64,000 nt of DNA from Cenococcum geophilum (GCA_050273025.1 CP158635.1:9114001-9178000), one strand, 5' to 3'; shown: positions 12,025 through 25,760, numbered from the stretch's first letter. A program made the numbers and translations. The notes: a model not told the origin generated them from the sequence alone.

Positions 12025-15000
12025 TATATAAGTAAATGTTTAGAGGATTTCCTAAGCTCTACTCCTCCGCCTTATCCGCTTTTATTAATAGTAAAAATTC
12101 CTTAAATAACTGTTAATTTTAAAAGCGAAGGTGCTATTACTAAGTACTAATAAGCTTTTAAGTTCTTAATACTAGAAGAGAGCCAGTATTAGAGCCTATT
12201 ATTTATTATACTAGTTAGTAAAAAAATAAAGTCTACTATTCTGCAATACCTACTAGGAGATACTATAGATAGAAATTTTCTAGCTAATGCGTATAATTAA
12301 ATCTACCTTTAGGAAGACCTTAAACCCGCAAAGATACTTTACTAATCCTTTTTATTAATTATAAACTTTAAAACTATTCTTTATCACAGTTACTTCTTTT
12401 CTATAGCAGTGGGGAGATAGTAACGAGAAAAATCTCTTAGTAGTAGCCTTTAAAACGTCGTAAAATGCTCGGCTTATTATTATATAATTAAGTACTCTTA
12501 CCTTTTTCTAACGTAGTTTACTATTTCGTTACGGATCTGGGTAAACTAAGGGAGGTTTACCTTAGCGAGCTTAAACGTAATTTTTTTGGCTAGCGTCGGA
12601 ATAATAGCTACGCCGTCTTCCTTCTTACAAAATCACGTCTGAGAGCCTTTAGCGAGTTTTGTTAAAAGCATAAGCAAAAATCTTAGTTTTAGCAATTTTG
12701 TAAAGGGATTTCCTCTACAACATAATAAAATAAAGTCTTTAAAAGTTTATAGATATATTTTAGGTAGCTACTTTATATACTAACGGCTTTAGAATTATAA
12801 TGTCCCCTCCTAAATCTGAGATTAATTTTGTTAAAGTTAAAATTCCCGTTGTTAAAAGCATAAGCACCTTTACGTACCCTTATATACGGGCCCACGTAAG
12901 GTATAAAAAGCCTAAAATCTTATAATCTATAGAGCTAGATCTCCTAAGTAATTTAATATAATTTTTACCTTAAAATACGTGGTGGGGAGATTAATTAATT
13001 TTGTTGGGGTTTATAAGTTTTCCTTATAAAAAAAGCTTATGCTTTTATACAAATCTCGCTAAAGTTCCTTAGACAAAGAATTCGATTAAATATCTAAAGG
13101 AGATTAGCGCGTCAGCGCAATCGATTTCTTAGTATGAGTCCACTAAGGTAAAAGGGAGGTGTCTAAGCTTATAGCTTAGTAAGCTATTAAATCTCTAAGT
13201 TCTAATCTCCCCGTACTCCCCTATATTCTGCTAGTATTTAATATATCCTTACTAACCTTTAATAAAAATATTGCTAAATTAAAGTCCCTAGCTTTAATAA
13301 CTAAAATAATATAGAACTTTAAGCAATATAGTAAAGCTAAAGACGTAAATATAGATCTAAAGGCTTATTTTTACAGTATCCATATCCTTAGACTAAATTC
13401 GTCTATAAGCCTAGCGAAATGTTTATACATATTTTGAAAGCGAATTCTTTTTATATTAGAAGAAGCACGTGTTTTACGCCAATCTACTTAAGTTAAATTC
13501 CGTTTTAAGCATTTTAAGGCTTTATTAAGCTTAGCTTTAGAGCACTTTTACTCTACTATTACCGCCCTATTCTTATTTGTCTAAGTAGTATAACCTTATA
13601 GCTTCTTAAACAAGGGGTTTTTAGCGTGCCTTAGAGATCTTATTAAGCACATACCGTCTTAGGCATGGCTATAGCACTTTATCGCCCTATTAGTAGTATT
13701 AGCGTTAATTCTATTAAGCTATCCTCCGGGTTTTTATTATATAATCCCTGCCCTAAATCTAGCTAACTAACTAATGCTAATTATAGACTTTCTTCCTACT
13801 TTTATCTTCTTAAAGCATTTCTTAAATGTTTATATCTCTGTAATGTAGGACTATGCTATAAATGCGAGTATTTATATAAAAATTTTATTAGCGGTTCTGG
13901 ATAATTTCCAGTCTATATTCTAAACACTCTAATTAAACTCTTTATTAACCGCATCTTAGATTTACACGCAAAATATCGCAAGGCTTCGGCCCTAAGTAGT
14001 AGAGTTTAGAAGCTATAAGTCTTACTTCTATTATCTAATGTAAATGCCCGAAAAGGTATTAGACTGCGGTTATATACTTTATAATATATATATTAAAATA
14101 TATAGAAGATAATTATCCTTAACGAAATACAGTTATTATCTCTTATTTTATGTCCTCTATGCCTTACCTTATAGAGCGTCTGATTTTTAATTTGTACTAC
14201 CTAGTGCTAGTATTTATATTTTAAGTATAGACGGCGGAGGTATAAGGGGAGTTATATCTCTTATTTTTCTAATATATATTAAGCAGGCACTATCTAACTT
14301 TAGATATTTACTATGAGAACATTTTAACCTTATCTGTAGCACTTCTATAGGTATATAAAAATAAAATTATATTAATAAGAACTTAAGTTAATCTGGTATT
14401 TAGGTGGGATAACCGCTATAAGGATAGATATTTTAGGGTGGAGCAGAGCTGAGTCGTTATAGAGATTTAAGGATGTAGTAAGCAAGACCTTTAAGTGGCG
14501 AAAATTTAGATCTACTTTACTTACTAGGTTATAAGAGATAATGCTAAGCTACGCCTAAGATGGCTAGTATAGCCTTACCGCCATCAAATTAGGCTTTAAG
14601 GCCGCTTTTAGATCCAATTTAAAGATATTTAATCTTCTAATAAACAATACTAGAGTTGTAGTAATAATGACAACTACTAAGGAGTTACAGCCTTATTTGT
14701 TTTGTAATTATAATAGGGGTAAGCGACCTAAGAAGATTAGTAAGTAAAGTACTTTCCTAATTTAATGTAGTAGCGTCCTAATTATATAGGGTATAGTTTA
14801 ATCTAGGCCAATTATTTATAGTATAATGTATCTATTAGTGAAGCGTACGTTTAGTCTAGGAGATGCTTAAAATTAAGCTAATATATTTTAGGGTATGTTG
14901 TACTTTTACCGCACCCTAGTTAGCTAATCTATTATATATCCTATAATTTAATACTAACTTAGAAAGGTTCTTTAAACCTAAAGTAGTAAAAAACCTTAGT

Positions 15001-15842
15001 ACTTTTTAGGATAGGGGCCTTTAAAATAATAATCTAATTATTATTACCTAATTAGAAAGTCTATTCCTATAGCCTAAAAAGGGCAAGCCTAACTTTAATC
15101 TTTTATTAGGGACCGGTATAACCTTTATACTAATAGCTGCTAGCACTTAATCCCTAGTTATAGATCGATTTTACCTAAAACTCTTTAAAAGCTTTATACG
15201 GAGTTTAGACAGCGAGGAAGCATAAAAGAGGTTTATTTATACTATCCTAGTATAGTACTATAGTAGATATTATTGTTTTAATCTTTATCTCTAAGGACCT
15301 AAACCTCTATTTAATAACCTATCTATAGTAGGAGAATTAAAAAGCCAAACTATGGAATATATAAAATTAAGTTTTATAATTTCTACTATTATAGACTTAA
15401 TATATGCTATAATATTCTACTTTAAGCTTCATTATCTCCCTTAGTATATTAACGGCCGTTATAAGTGCGTTGGTTATATATTTTGCCGACTTAATCCCCC
15501 TCCTAGTGGGCGTTAATACTTATACTCTTAGCTTATTACTATATTACCTTAGTTCCTTATTTATAGTCATCTAATAGCTTATATATATTAAAAGTACTAA
15601 AAGGTTATCCCCTATTTAAACGACGTATATAATTTATGGTTAATACCTTAAGCAAAAGTATTGCGATCTCTATTAGAGGGATTATAAGTATACCTAGGTT
15701 AATAAGCGGATATCCTATATGTCTTAAAGATCTAATTAATTTACAGTAACTTTACGCTCTATTTAGCTGGGTAGATTACTTAATACTTAAAAAGCCTCTT
15801 TTTTTTATTCCAGTAAAGCGAAAAATAGATAAACTATAGTAA
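12025..15842 (+). pseudogene. Patatin-like phospholipase (PLP) with long N-terminal region, Starship-associated type
   Basis: 'LSIDGGGIRG' at ~14221, 'FNLICSTSIG' (FDLICGTSTG nucleophile elbow, ~14325), 'F*DRGL' (DGG, ~15004); N-terminal 'VLLPFSNVVYYFVTDLG' interrupted by a MITE. Confidence 0.85.
12557..13151. mobile_element. 595-bp MITE, Mutator-like (9-bp TSD)
   Basis: Direct repeat AAGGGAGGT at 12548-12556 and 13152-13160; termini TTACCTTAG.../...CTAAGGTAA; subterminal inverted match CTTTAGCGAG..TTGT..AAAAGCATAAGC (~12647-12675 vs ~13036-13066). Confidence 0.8.
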
Positions 15843-16803
15843 TTTATTTATTCTAGTAAGGCAATTACTAAGTTGCTTGCTGTATAATATTTTATACGCA
15901 TATTAGTAAAGCCTTAGCTACTAGGCGGCTAGAAGCGAAATTATCCTATAAACTATATTAGAGTATAGTAGTAAGTGTTTTACTTAATTTAGATATCTAG
16001 CTTTCTCTAGAGTTTAAGTTTAAGTTATTAGTATTTAAATTACAGGAAGTAGTTTCTTAAAATTATCTAAAAGGCGCTAAACTAACTAGGCGCTTAATAT
16101 TTAGCTAACTACACTTCTAGTCTAAAATGGTATTAAAATAACTTAATTTAAAAACAAGGTTTTCATTTTTATCTTATAGCCTGCTTTAACGGTTACTTAT
16201 TAGCTCTTACTCTTATTAGTTATAACTTTAATTTAATTACTAACCCCTATTAGTCGCCTTTCATGCTTATAATATACCTACTAGAATCTTATTGTTGGGG
16301 AAGACGCAGCCGGATTTAGAGGCTCCTCCCCCCCGTTTTAGGAGGCTGTTTCTCCTCACTTAGACCTATGTTTGTCGCCGCTTTTACAACATACTAAGCA
16401 TGCTAAGGACGGTAGGGTCTTCCTCATTTACCTACTAAACCTAGAAGCTCCCCAAACGTTATTTAAGAAGCCATAGACGTCCGCCGCCTACCTTTATCCT
16501 CATCCTTCGCCAAAAGCACTACCCTTATATAATAAAACCTCCCTTCTATACTACGCTCCTTTAACCCTTTTCCCACAGTAGCTACGTATGCATTTTCCTC
16601 TGTTATTATGTTGTTTACTTTTAATACTTAATTTCTAGGTTTCTACCTATGGGATTTTTTTGCCCTATCCCGCTCTTAAAAACGCCGATCTCCTATAAAG
16701 CCTTTTTTAGCGTTCCTATTAACAGCAGTCGCTCTTAAGCTAGCTTCTACGTGTAAGTAACTGGCAGCTATTAAAGCACTAAAATACTACGCGTTTAACC
16801 ACC

Positions 16804-19324
16804 ATGCCCTTTTAACGTAAGAAATGGCGAAATATAGATCTAGCCTTTAGCTTAGACTCCGAACTAGGCAAGCCGTTTTATTTTAAGCTAGCTTCGGACT
16901 TAGATTTAAGCTCTAACTCTAGAGCTAAGGAAGACGCCAATTCTAAGGGGGAATATTTGTAGTAGAGGATTGCGTATTATAAGGACTAAGAAAGGGCGAA
17001 GTTAAAACGGAAGCCCTAGTCTACTTTTTTTATTAAGCGTAAGTTTTAAAATTAGGAAAAGTTCGTTTATATTTAAACCAAAATTCACCTTATAATACTA
17101 ATGATTTATATTTAGGTTCTGCCTAAAAGTTAAGTCTAACCTAACTAAGGCCCTTCGTTAGTGTGTAGCTAATACGTTTAAAACATACCTTAAATAGCGC
17201 GTAAAGAATTCTTAAATTAAGAAGAAAAGCACGATCTAGTTATACTAGAGATAAATGCTATGCAAATTTATAGATGTAGTAGGCTATAGTATAAACAATA
17301 GCGCAGAACTTAATATACAAGATATAGGTAATCTTTAATTTTTTTAAAAAAATCCTGGCTGATTTATTATAGTGGATTCTAACCTACTTAACGCCAATAT
17401 ATAAGCTGGACACGTTAGAGAAAGAAAAGGATGCTATATATATGCAGGACTTATATACAATTATTAATGCCTATTAGATAATGGACGTAAAGCCTTACTA
17501 TAGTCGTTTTTAAGTATAGATAGGAGTAATCCTCCTCCTCTTTAGTGCCATGGCAATAAGACCCTAAGCTCTTATTAAAAGTTTAAGTGTAAAAGGCTCT
17601 AACAAAGCGCTTTTATATAAATATATTACAATCCTAAAAGTTCGCGATATAAAAAACTTTAATTAAACTATAACTGTTGCCCTTGTAAGTCTTATATATA
17701 TTAAGAATTCTAGAGGTATAGGTAGACGGTATATAGCGACGTTAATTAAAGACGGCGCGAATAGTGCTAATATACCTATAGTAAGAGGTTTATTTTCTGT
17801 CTTAAAAGTATCCTAGCTTTTTATATCCTATTCTATCTTATAAGCCTTACTATCGCGGATAATATATTTTAACGCCGTTACACTTCACCGGAAGAGATTT
17901 TTAGACTTAAAATCCTAGCAAAAAAAGAGAGTCTTAAAGTGAAGTTTAAGAAGGAGATAGAGAAACGACCTATTTTTTAAGATATTAAGATAATGGCTAG
18001 TTATAGGGGAGTGTTGAACACTAAAGCATTCCCTTACTAGAAATGCCGCGATTACTATATATAGTTAGGCCAAGTAGCCGGGTTTAAAAAATTGCTTAAA
18101 CTTTACTAGCTGCAATAAGCGTCTAAAAGGAAATTAAATAGTAAGTGTCTAATTTGATATAAGTGTATATATTAACTAAGTTTTCTAGGTACCCTTACTC
18201 TAAAAGAGCGAAATTAGATAATAGGTTATTATAGTAATACCTACTAACGGTTTTATTTACCTAATTTAATTAAGCGCGATTTCTAGTCGATTTACTTTAA
18301 GACTCTATTATAGGACGACCTTATTTAATATGCCGTATAGATAGGGATCTTAAGGGATAAGCGGGCCCCTATAGGTCTAACTAATAAGCAAAAGCTTAAA
18401 TTCTAGCTAGAACTTAATTAACGCCCTAATATTTTATAGCTTTATAAGAAACGAGAGCAATATAAGTAAAAGATTAGGAGCTAGGGATATTACCCTATTA
18501 ATACCGCAAAGGGAATAAAACTATATAACTATTATAACAAAGCTAGATATAAACTTTATAGTATTATAAACGTCCTACGTAAACAAAAAGAGGACTAGGT
18601 TATTCTTAATTTTTATAACGCCATCGACAATTATAATATTAAAAGATAGCTTAGTGGTAGCGTTAGGACGGAAATTCCCACCTATTTAGCTGTATAGTAT
18701 AAATTTTATAAATATATTGCTATTGCCAAACTACTATCTTAGCTGCTAAATAAGCTTGAAGAAGGACACGCTATAAAACTCCATATAAAGTTTATCCACA
18801 ATCTCGTTAAGTATTATAATTAATAAGAGAGTCAGCAGAATGGGATCCTAAGTAAGGCTATTAGATTTTAACTTAGGTCTAAAGTAGACTAAAGTATAAT
18901 AGGCGTAAAAAGAGGTGCAAGTAACGCTAATACTGGCACCTATTAGTAGGTAAAGCGGTAGAAAGAATAGATTAGCTTAGACTCGCCTTTTTAAGAAAAC
19001 CTAGATAAGACGCGGAGCGCGGTCCCGATTAAGGAAGAGGGTATTAAGATAATACAGCTGCCGTATCCTATAACGTTTATTAATCTTATTTATCTTATCT
19101 ACATCGGCAATAACTAACTCTTAACGCTAAGGCAAACCCGCCTATTTGCGAAGAAGGATATACTATAGAAGTATTTTAATAATTACGTTATAGAAGGAGT
19201 GTTTAGGCAGGGGTTCTACTATAAGCATCCTTATTGCTTAGAGTAGATTAAAGAACTTAAGCATTTTAAAAATTACGCAACCTTTATGTATAGCGTATAG
19301 CATCCAATTAAAAGGCACTACTAA
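16804..19324 (+). pseudogene. DUF3435 tyrosine recombinase (Starship captain), RIP-inactivated, with introns
   Basis: Acidic N-terminus; 'KLDTLEKEKDAIYMQDL...RF*V*IGVILLLFSAMAIRP*ALI' (R of T.RP at ~17560); 'LGQVAGFKKLLKLY*LQ*A' (YxLRR); 'ERN*IIGY' (MGH); 'RFYLP...RDF*SIY'; C-terminal Cys/His finger region 'HFKNYATFMY'. Introns at ~17729-17780 and 18141-18188. Confidence 0.88.
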
Positions 19325-19656
19325 GTAAGTTACCTTGCCTATGCGAGAATCCTATGCTAACCCTCTAGTACCTATAAAAAGGTATATAACTGGTAAATTT
19401 AGAACTATACGTTCCTTATATATAAGACCTTTTCCTAGTTATTACGCGCTTATCTTATTATTCTTTACCACTTTTTATTTTATTTTAGTCTATTATTATC
19501 TAATCCTATTCTAGTATTTAGTAAAATAGATGCAATGACTAGAATTTTGTAATTCGTTTAGGGGGGCGAGGGGTAATAAATAAGGGTGAGGGTAAGGGTG
19601 AGGGTAAGGTAAAGGATGAGATAAAGGGTAAGGTAAGAGGTGAGGTAAGGGGAGGC

Positions 19657-20817
19657 TAATAGGAGATGGATAATATAGTTGTATAATATCTAACGGACCG
19701 ACTATAAACGAGATATATATTCGAATTTCTTAAATCAACCCAAACGGAGAAAGGAATAGAAGTATTGTATAATAACTTCCTACCTAAGCCGATCTCCTAA
19801 GCTATGTATCTTTACTTATATATAATGCTCGCACCTTTTATAATAAAGTATATAAGGGTAATTAGGGTCGGATAGATAACTACTGTCCTTAATATAACAT
19901 ATAAACTCGGCTCTATAACTAATATTATAATAGGTCCTAGTTGTGCAGAGGGTATTAAGACAGTTATTAATGTTTTCGCTTTTACGCTTAGCCGCGGTAT
20001 ACCTTACCTTGGCGGATTAAAGCAGTAATTCTATTTATTGTAGCTGAGACTAGATAGCTTAAAGTTTTAGTATAAAATTTTCCTCTATATCCTTAGATGC
20101 GGTAATCGCTGTCCGTATAATGCTAATGGCAAAATCGCCTATAACGTCCAGCTCTATAAAGTCCTTAAGTTTAATAAGCTCTTTAATATACTCAGCCGCT
20201 ATTAAGGTAATTATATTATGCAATACTAAGTCACCTATTAGGCTAAAGACATCCTTAATAATATTAGGAAACCCATCTACGGACTAGCTAGTTCCTAGAA
20301 TATATTAGATTTTTATATTCGCAAGCTCTTTTAGCTATAGTATATTATAGTAATCGGCAATTATATTAATATAGACGTAACGAAGTATAATATAGGCCGT
20401 CGTTAGCCGTATTATTATATCTTTATTATCGCCACCGCTATTATTTAGTTTAGATAGCAATAAGGCATCGGCGTTGTTAATATTAGATCCTTACTCCTCC
20501 TTACCATTCTTATAGTCCCTCTTATATATAAATTAAATTATTTTCTTAATAGTGCCGGAATCAAACTCGTTGATATTTATAATATTAGTCGCTACCTCCT
20601 ACCCATTAGTTGGTTAGTTAGGGTCAATTCCACTAGACGTTTAATTAGCTTTTATCTAAAAGCCTCTATTATAGGCAGCTGCAAGTATAGGAGATTAGGT
20701 ACATATAATTACTTTATAGACTTTAAACTTTAGCCCCTAGTATATAAGTTTTAAGTTGCTATATTTCTCGCTATCTATAAGCTGCGCTAAGCTAAATAGA
20801 GCACTCTTAGATAGCAT
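19657..20817 (-). pseudogene. BTB/POZ domain protein
   Basis: ATG at 20817: 'MLSKSALFSLAQLIDSEKYSNLKLIY*GLKFKVYKVIICT*SPILAAAY' (= YSDL...FKVHKAIVCTQSPV), then 'EATNIININEFDSGTIKKII*FIY'. Confidence 0.85.
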
Positions 20818-21899
20818 GTTTCTCTAGTTTTAACTACGCCTTAAGCAATATTTAAGGGAGTAATTTAGTGTTAAATAGGACGATTAAGAATAAGAACTCT
20901 GCTTTATTAAACATAGCTCTAGAGCCTCTATATATATATTAAGAAGTCGTTATTAGCTTCGTCTAATCTGCAACGGATTTAGCTAGTTAGTTAGAGCTTT
21001 AAACGTTAGTCACTTAACTAAGGACTAGTGTAACTTCTAAAGTTCTAGGAAGGGTAAGTGGTGGGGTTAGCCGCAGCGCCTAAAAGCAGTTAGGTTATAT
21101 AATAAAGGCTTAGTTAAAGGACGTGTTCCTATAGCTTAGGTTAAGGCTCTATACTCCTTTAAGCCACATTAAGTAAAGTTAAATAGTATTATGTTCCTGC
21201 GTACCGGCCTACTAATTACACTATTCCTACGCCTCTAAGAGCGGTTTCCCGGCCAACCTTCTTATTATCGGGTAGTTGAAGTATACTTTTTAGATAAGGG
21301 GCACTAACTTAATTCTTAGTTAATTACTCTATAAGTCTTAGAGATAGTATATTCCCTACTAATAACTTACTAACTAAGTAAGTAGATTAATAAAACTAAC
21401 CTTGCGAACACACTACTATATAAAGCTTAGTAGATAAAAATATATTTCCTAAATTAATAGGATCTAGTACAAAGAGTAATTATATAATGCTTTAGCATAT
21501 TTAAGATACCTTAGAATTTTATAACTTTACTATTATTAGTATTAACAAAATGTCTTTTAGGAAATAATTCACCTTCCTCTATTATTAGTGAAGGGAACTC
21601 TCCTAGTACGTTAGATATTTATTTAATATTTTACGCATATTATAGAGGGCTTATACGTACTAAAATTAGCTAAAGGCACTAAAGAACAATGCTAAGAAGT
21701 AACGGAAGAGGTATATAATGCAGTATTGTATATCTGTAGAGGTATAAAACCTAAAGGAGTCTAACCATGCTCTATATTACTATAGTGCTTATCCCTTACG
21801 TGGCCGCACCCGTATAGCGATATTTTAGTCTTTTTAAAGAACCCTAAATATAAGTAAATCTAGCACTAGGAGATGCTTTTAAGGAGAAAATTTAGTTCT

Positions 21900-22750
21900 A
21901 GGTAATGCTGTTATTTAGGTAAGGCCGCTAAGGAGTTTAAGGAAAATAGGATAGTGGATAAACCTAAGGATAGGGAGTGGAACTAAACTCCTAGCATCGA
22001 TTTATCCTCTTTATTTCCCGTTATTCTCCTATCTATCTCTTTTACTAGTTTTTTAGCCTCCTTTAATTCTTTTAGGAGAGTCGCCTAGTTACGCCTCTAC
22101 TTATAAACGTATTATAAACCCGCTAGTAAGCATCTTAGGCAAGGTTTGTCGCTATCGCTATTATACTTAAGTTTTTTTAAGGAGCATTGAAAGTATAATC
22201 TTATTCTCCTTAGCACTAAAATTTGTAAGTCTTAACTATAGCTAGCAACAGTCCTTTTTTTATAACGCCTCTTATGTAACTTAAGGAGGTCACCTTAAAA
22301 GAAAGCTCTAGAGCATTTGTCGTAATAGTAAGTCGGCTCTTTAGCGTCTATAAGAGTTAGGAATATACACTACGGTTAAATAGAGTAGAGACTTACGGGA
22401 TTTTTAGTGTTAGTTTAAGTGCCCTACTTAAACAAAACTTCTTATATAATTGTTATAGTTATACACGTAAATTTTCTAATTTAGTAGCTGCCCCTCTATA
22501 AGTGGACTATTAACTCTAATAACTATAGGGCAGAGTATCCTTTTACTTACCTATTTCCATTCTATTGTAGCAGTTAGTGGTTAAAAGTAGACGGCTAAGT
22601 TTATATGCGATATTAAAGAGGTTTAAAATATAGAAAGATGTAGAATTAAAGATATAGACTACTAAGAGGAGGCGGGATATAAAGTTTCCACGTATTAACG
22701 TGGCGCTAATACTAATATTATATATAGAATGATCTGGCGTATTAATGATT
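21900..22750 (-). pseudogene. C2H2 zinc-finger protein (at least two fingers)
   Basis: 'VYNYNNYIRSFV*VGHLN*H*KS' (~22400-22470) and 'YYYDKCSRAFF*GDLLKLHKRRY' (~22260-22340), separated by an intron; both revert to CxxC...HxxxH. Confidence 0.75.
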
Positions 22751-23333
22751 AATATAATAATATAAGCATTCCTAATATAGAACCCTAGTTTCTATTTAAA
22801 GCGTAAGGCGTCCTACTATTTTGCGTTCTAGATAGTAGAAGAGTAGAATATAAAAAGTTAAAAAGATAGACTGTTAGGGAGCGGACTGCTAAGCTAAACC
22901 TTTAGAAGTTTTAAAGAGTTTTATATTTAGGAAACATTATATAGGTAAAAGGAGTAAGTGGGGAAAAAGGGCTATATTAATTACCTATAATGCTTATAGG
23001 GAATACGCGCTATACTTATTGCTATTATTTAGAGTATATATACTCCTAAATTGTTTCGGTTTTAAGATGGCTTATTTTCTTAAATGGGTAATAAGCTTTG
23101 GGGATGAATCCAATTAGCTCCTACTAAGCCTATTAAACGATTATATCTAAGGCTTATAGAATGTAGGGAGTCGCAGAATAAGGCTTGGGTTATCTAACCT
23201 TAAGGATCTCTCGCGATTTAGCTTAGATTATATCCGGGATAATATTAAGAGGAAAGAAAGTAATATTAGCTTCTTAATTAGCTCTTATCTAATTTATAGC
23301 AGAACCCTAAATAGTTTAGTAGCTTATAGTGCC

Positions 23334-23459
23334 TACTAAATTCTAAATACCTTTGCACCGCAACTACTAAATTATAGACGCCTTCGCATTATAACCACTA
23401 AATTATAGACACTTTTGTACCGGGACTATTAAATTATAGACGCTTTATACTATAAGCAC
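23334..23459 (-). repeat. 31-bp tandem repeat, ~4 copies
   Basis: Unit like ACTAAATTATAGACGCCTTTGCACCGCAACT repeats with 31-bp period; inverted counterpart at 27380-27500. Confidence 0.8.
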
Positions 23460-24572
23460 TAGTATAAGGAGCCCCATATTAAGATCTAATCTAATTATAG
23501 TATGCGTACTAGATTTAACAGTATTAGTAATAGATCCCGGTAGCTTAAAATAGTAGAGGGGATGTACTTAATACTTATCTAGTATTTATCTAGAGGGCCC
23601 TATATAGTGTTGCGTGATATAAGCTCTTATATAAATACTTTATTAATTTCTAGCACTCTTTAGTAGTAATAGGGATCTTAGGTACCCTACTTTTCTAACG
23701 CTTAAAGCGACATACGTTCTTTTAATTAGTGATCCTTTTTATTTAAAAATAAAATGCTCAATTTTATTGCTGTTATTTAATATCCTTTAATATCTATTCC
23801 CTTTTATTTGCTACTAGCAATGTATAATTATACCTAGGTTTACTATAAGTATACTTATCTCCGCTATACCGTAAGAGCTTAGTATACGAAATACTAGAAG
23901 ACGCAGAAAAGATATCTAGTAAACGTTGTTATAATGTAAGAGCAAACACCTAAGCCATTAATGCATAACTAATTTTCTATTATAGTAAATACAGGCTTAA
24001 TAAAAACTGCGGTGCGCCTCTATAGGTCTATATAGAGGCCTAAAAAGCTTATATAAGAATTTCTTCTAGGCGACTATAAAGACATATTAAACTAAGAGGC
24101 TTACTTAAATATGCATAAGAAGGTAAAGGAGGAAATTATTTAATAAACGCGAAGGGGGCTGCGTATTGCTGGTAAAGGGCATATATAACTCTCTTCTTTA
24201 TAGATGTACTATAAATAAGTATTTAGGGTAGAGAAACCAAACTATCTTTAATAAAGTATTTGATGTGTTCTAAACTTAGCAATAAGTCTAGTCATTATAT
24301 ATATCCGGCTCGTGGCTTAGTTATAGCCAGAATTAGGCGGTCAGCGCTGCTAAATTCCGCCTAACTTAACGCACTAAGCCTTAGCCCCTAGACGGTAAGA
24401 CCTTAGACGTAGGCTAGGTAAACCTTGGCATATACACTTATAATATTCTACTAACCGCCCGCCTGTTAAACATATCCGATAGCTTTTAAATAGAGATAAT
24501 AGTAAGTAGCTCTTCGTACGCTACAAACGGCATATATACTAACATTTATAAAGAAACTAATGTATATAATAA

Positions 24573-25760
24573 ATACATCCGTTAAAACACCTCCACCTTA
24601 CCCCCGACGTGCTAAACGTCAATATCTATTAAAGAGAAAAGATGCCGACCTATAATACTGTTTATTTATATTGTATAAAGATCTTACTACGCGAGTTAGT
24701 GTTTTAGAGGAGATGTTTAGGCTATTACCCATAATATAAGTGGACGAAGCCGCCTTTACTAAGGCCGTTACCGGTTATATTCTCGCCCTTAAGCATTATA
24801 TAGGAGTTAGATATTTTCGACCCTTAAAGTTAAAAGGAGGGTGGGATTATCCTATTAAAGATTATAATAAAATTTACCAGCGTCTAGATTTGTATTATAA
24901 GTATATTAAAACTATAAAGGGGTTTGGATATAAGATTCTAAAGCGTTATTTTAACTAGGATACGTGCCTACCGTATAGCCACCAATTTAACTCTTCTGCT
25001 GGTCTTCTTTAATATAAGCGGAAAGCTTATAGTATGGAAGCTTTATCACGGACTTAAATATTTATACTATTTATAACGTATATTAAGAAGAATATGTTAT
25101 AAGATTATATTATTTTAGAAATGCTTATAAGATATAAACTCGCAATTAGCGGAGGCTAGTAATTAAATAAAATAAACGGAAGACTTTACTGTTTATATAC
25201 CTTATACAAACTCGCTAAAACCTAGCTTTAATAGCGGTGGCTAAGGAGAATTTATTCCTCTAAGCGCTGAAATGGGCCCCTTAACTTTAAAAGCCGAAGA
25301 CAGCACTTAGATGCCTATCCCAACGTCTTTTATAAGAGGAGACTTTAAATTCACTATAGCACTAAGTACTACGCTATGTGCAATTAAACCTAAAGCATAA
25401 GGGGGTAGAAGGGTGTTTAAGTTCTTTATAGCACCGAGCGCTACTAAAAAGGGTTTTGGATTTACTATAGATCTATACACCAATTTTTCTATTAAACCTA
25501 AAGCTAGAAGGGACTTTAGGTTAGGGTTACCAAGTACCACTACGGTTAGGTTTAGTAGAAATAGTGCTAAAGGGGATTTTAGATATATGGCTCCGTAAAT
25601 AGAGTTTCCGGCAGGTAAACTAGGGGGTTATAGTAAGGGGATTTTTAAATTTAGGATGGAACCTTGCGCCGCTAACGTTCCCTTTAATAATCTTATGTTT
25701 GGAGCGGGCTAGGGTTAATAGTTATAGCTTTAGGACTCTTAATAAAGAGATTAGATAAAA
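24573..25760 (+). pseudogene. Hypothetical protein relic
   Basis: Protein-like frame 'IHPLKHLHLTPDVLNVNIY...' running into ORF-track 24740-24958; family not recognised. Confidence 0.35.

Noticed and set aside
25307..25598. Overlapping short ORFs on both strands
   Set aside because: These are stop-free remnants within a RIPed gene relic; neither is supportable as an independent gene.
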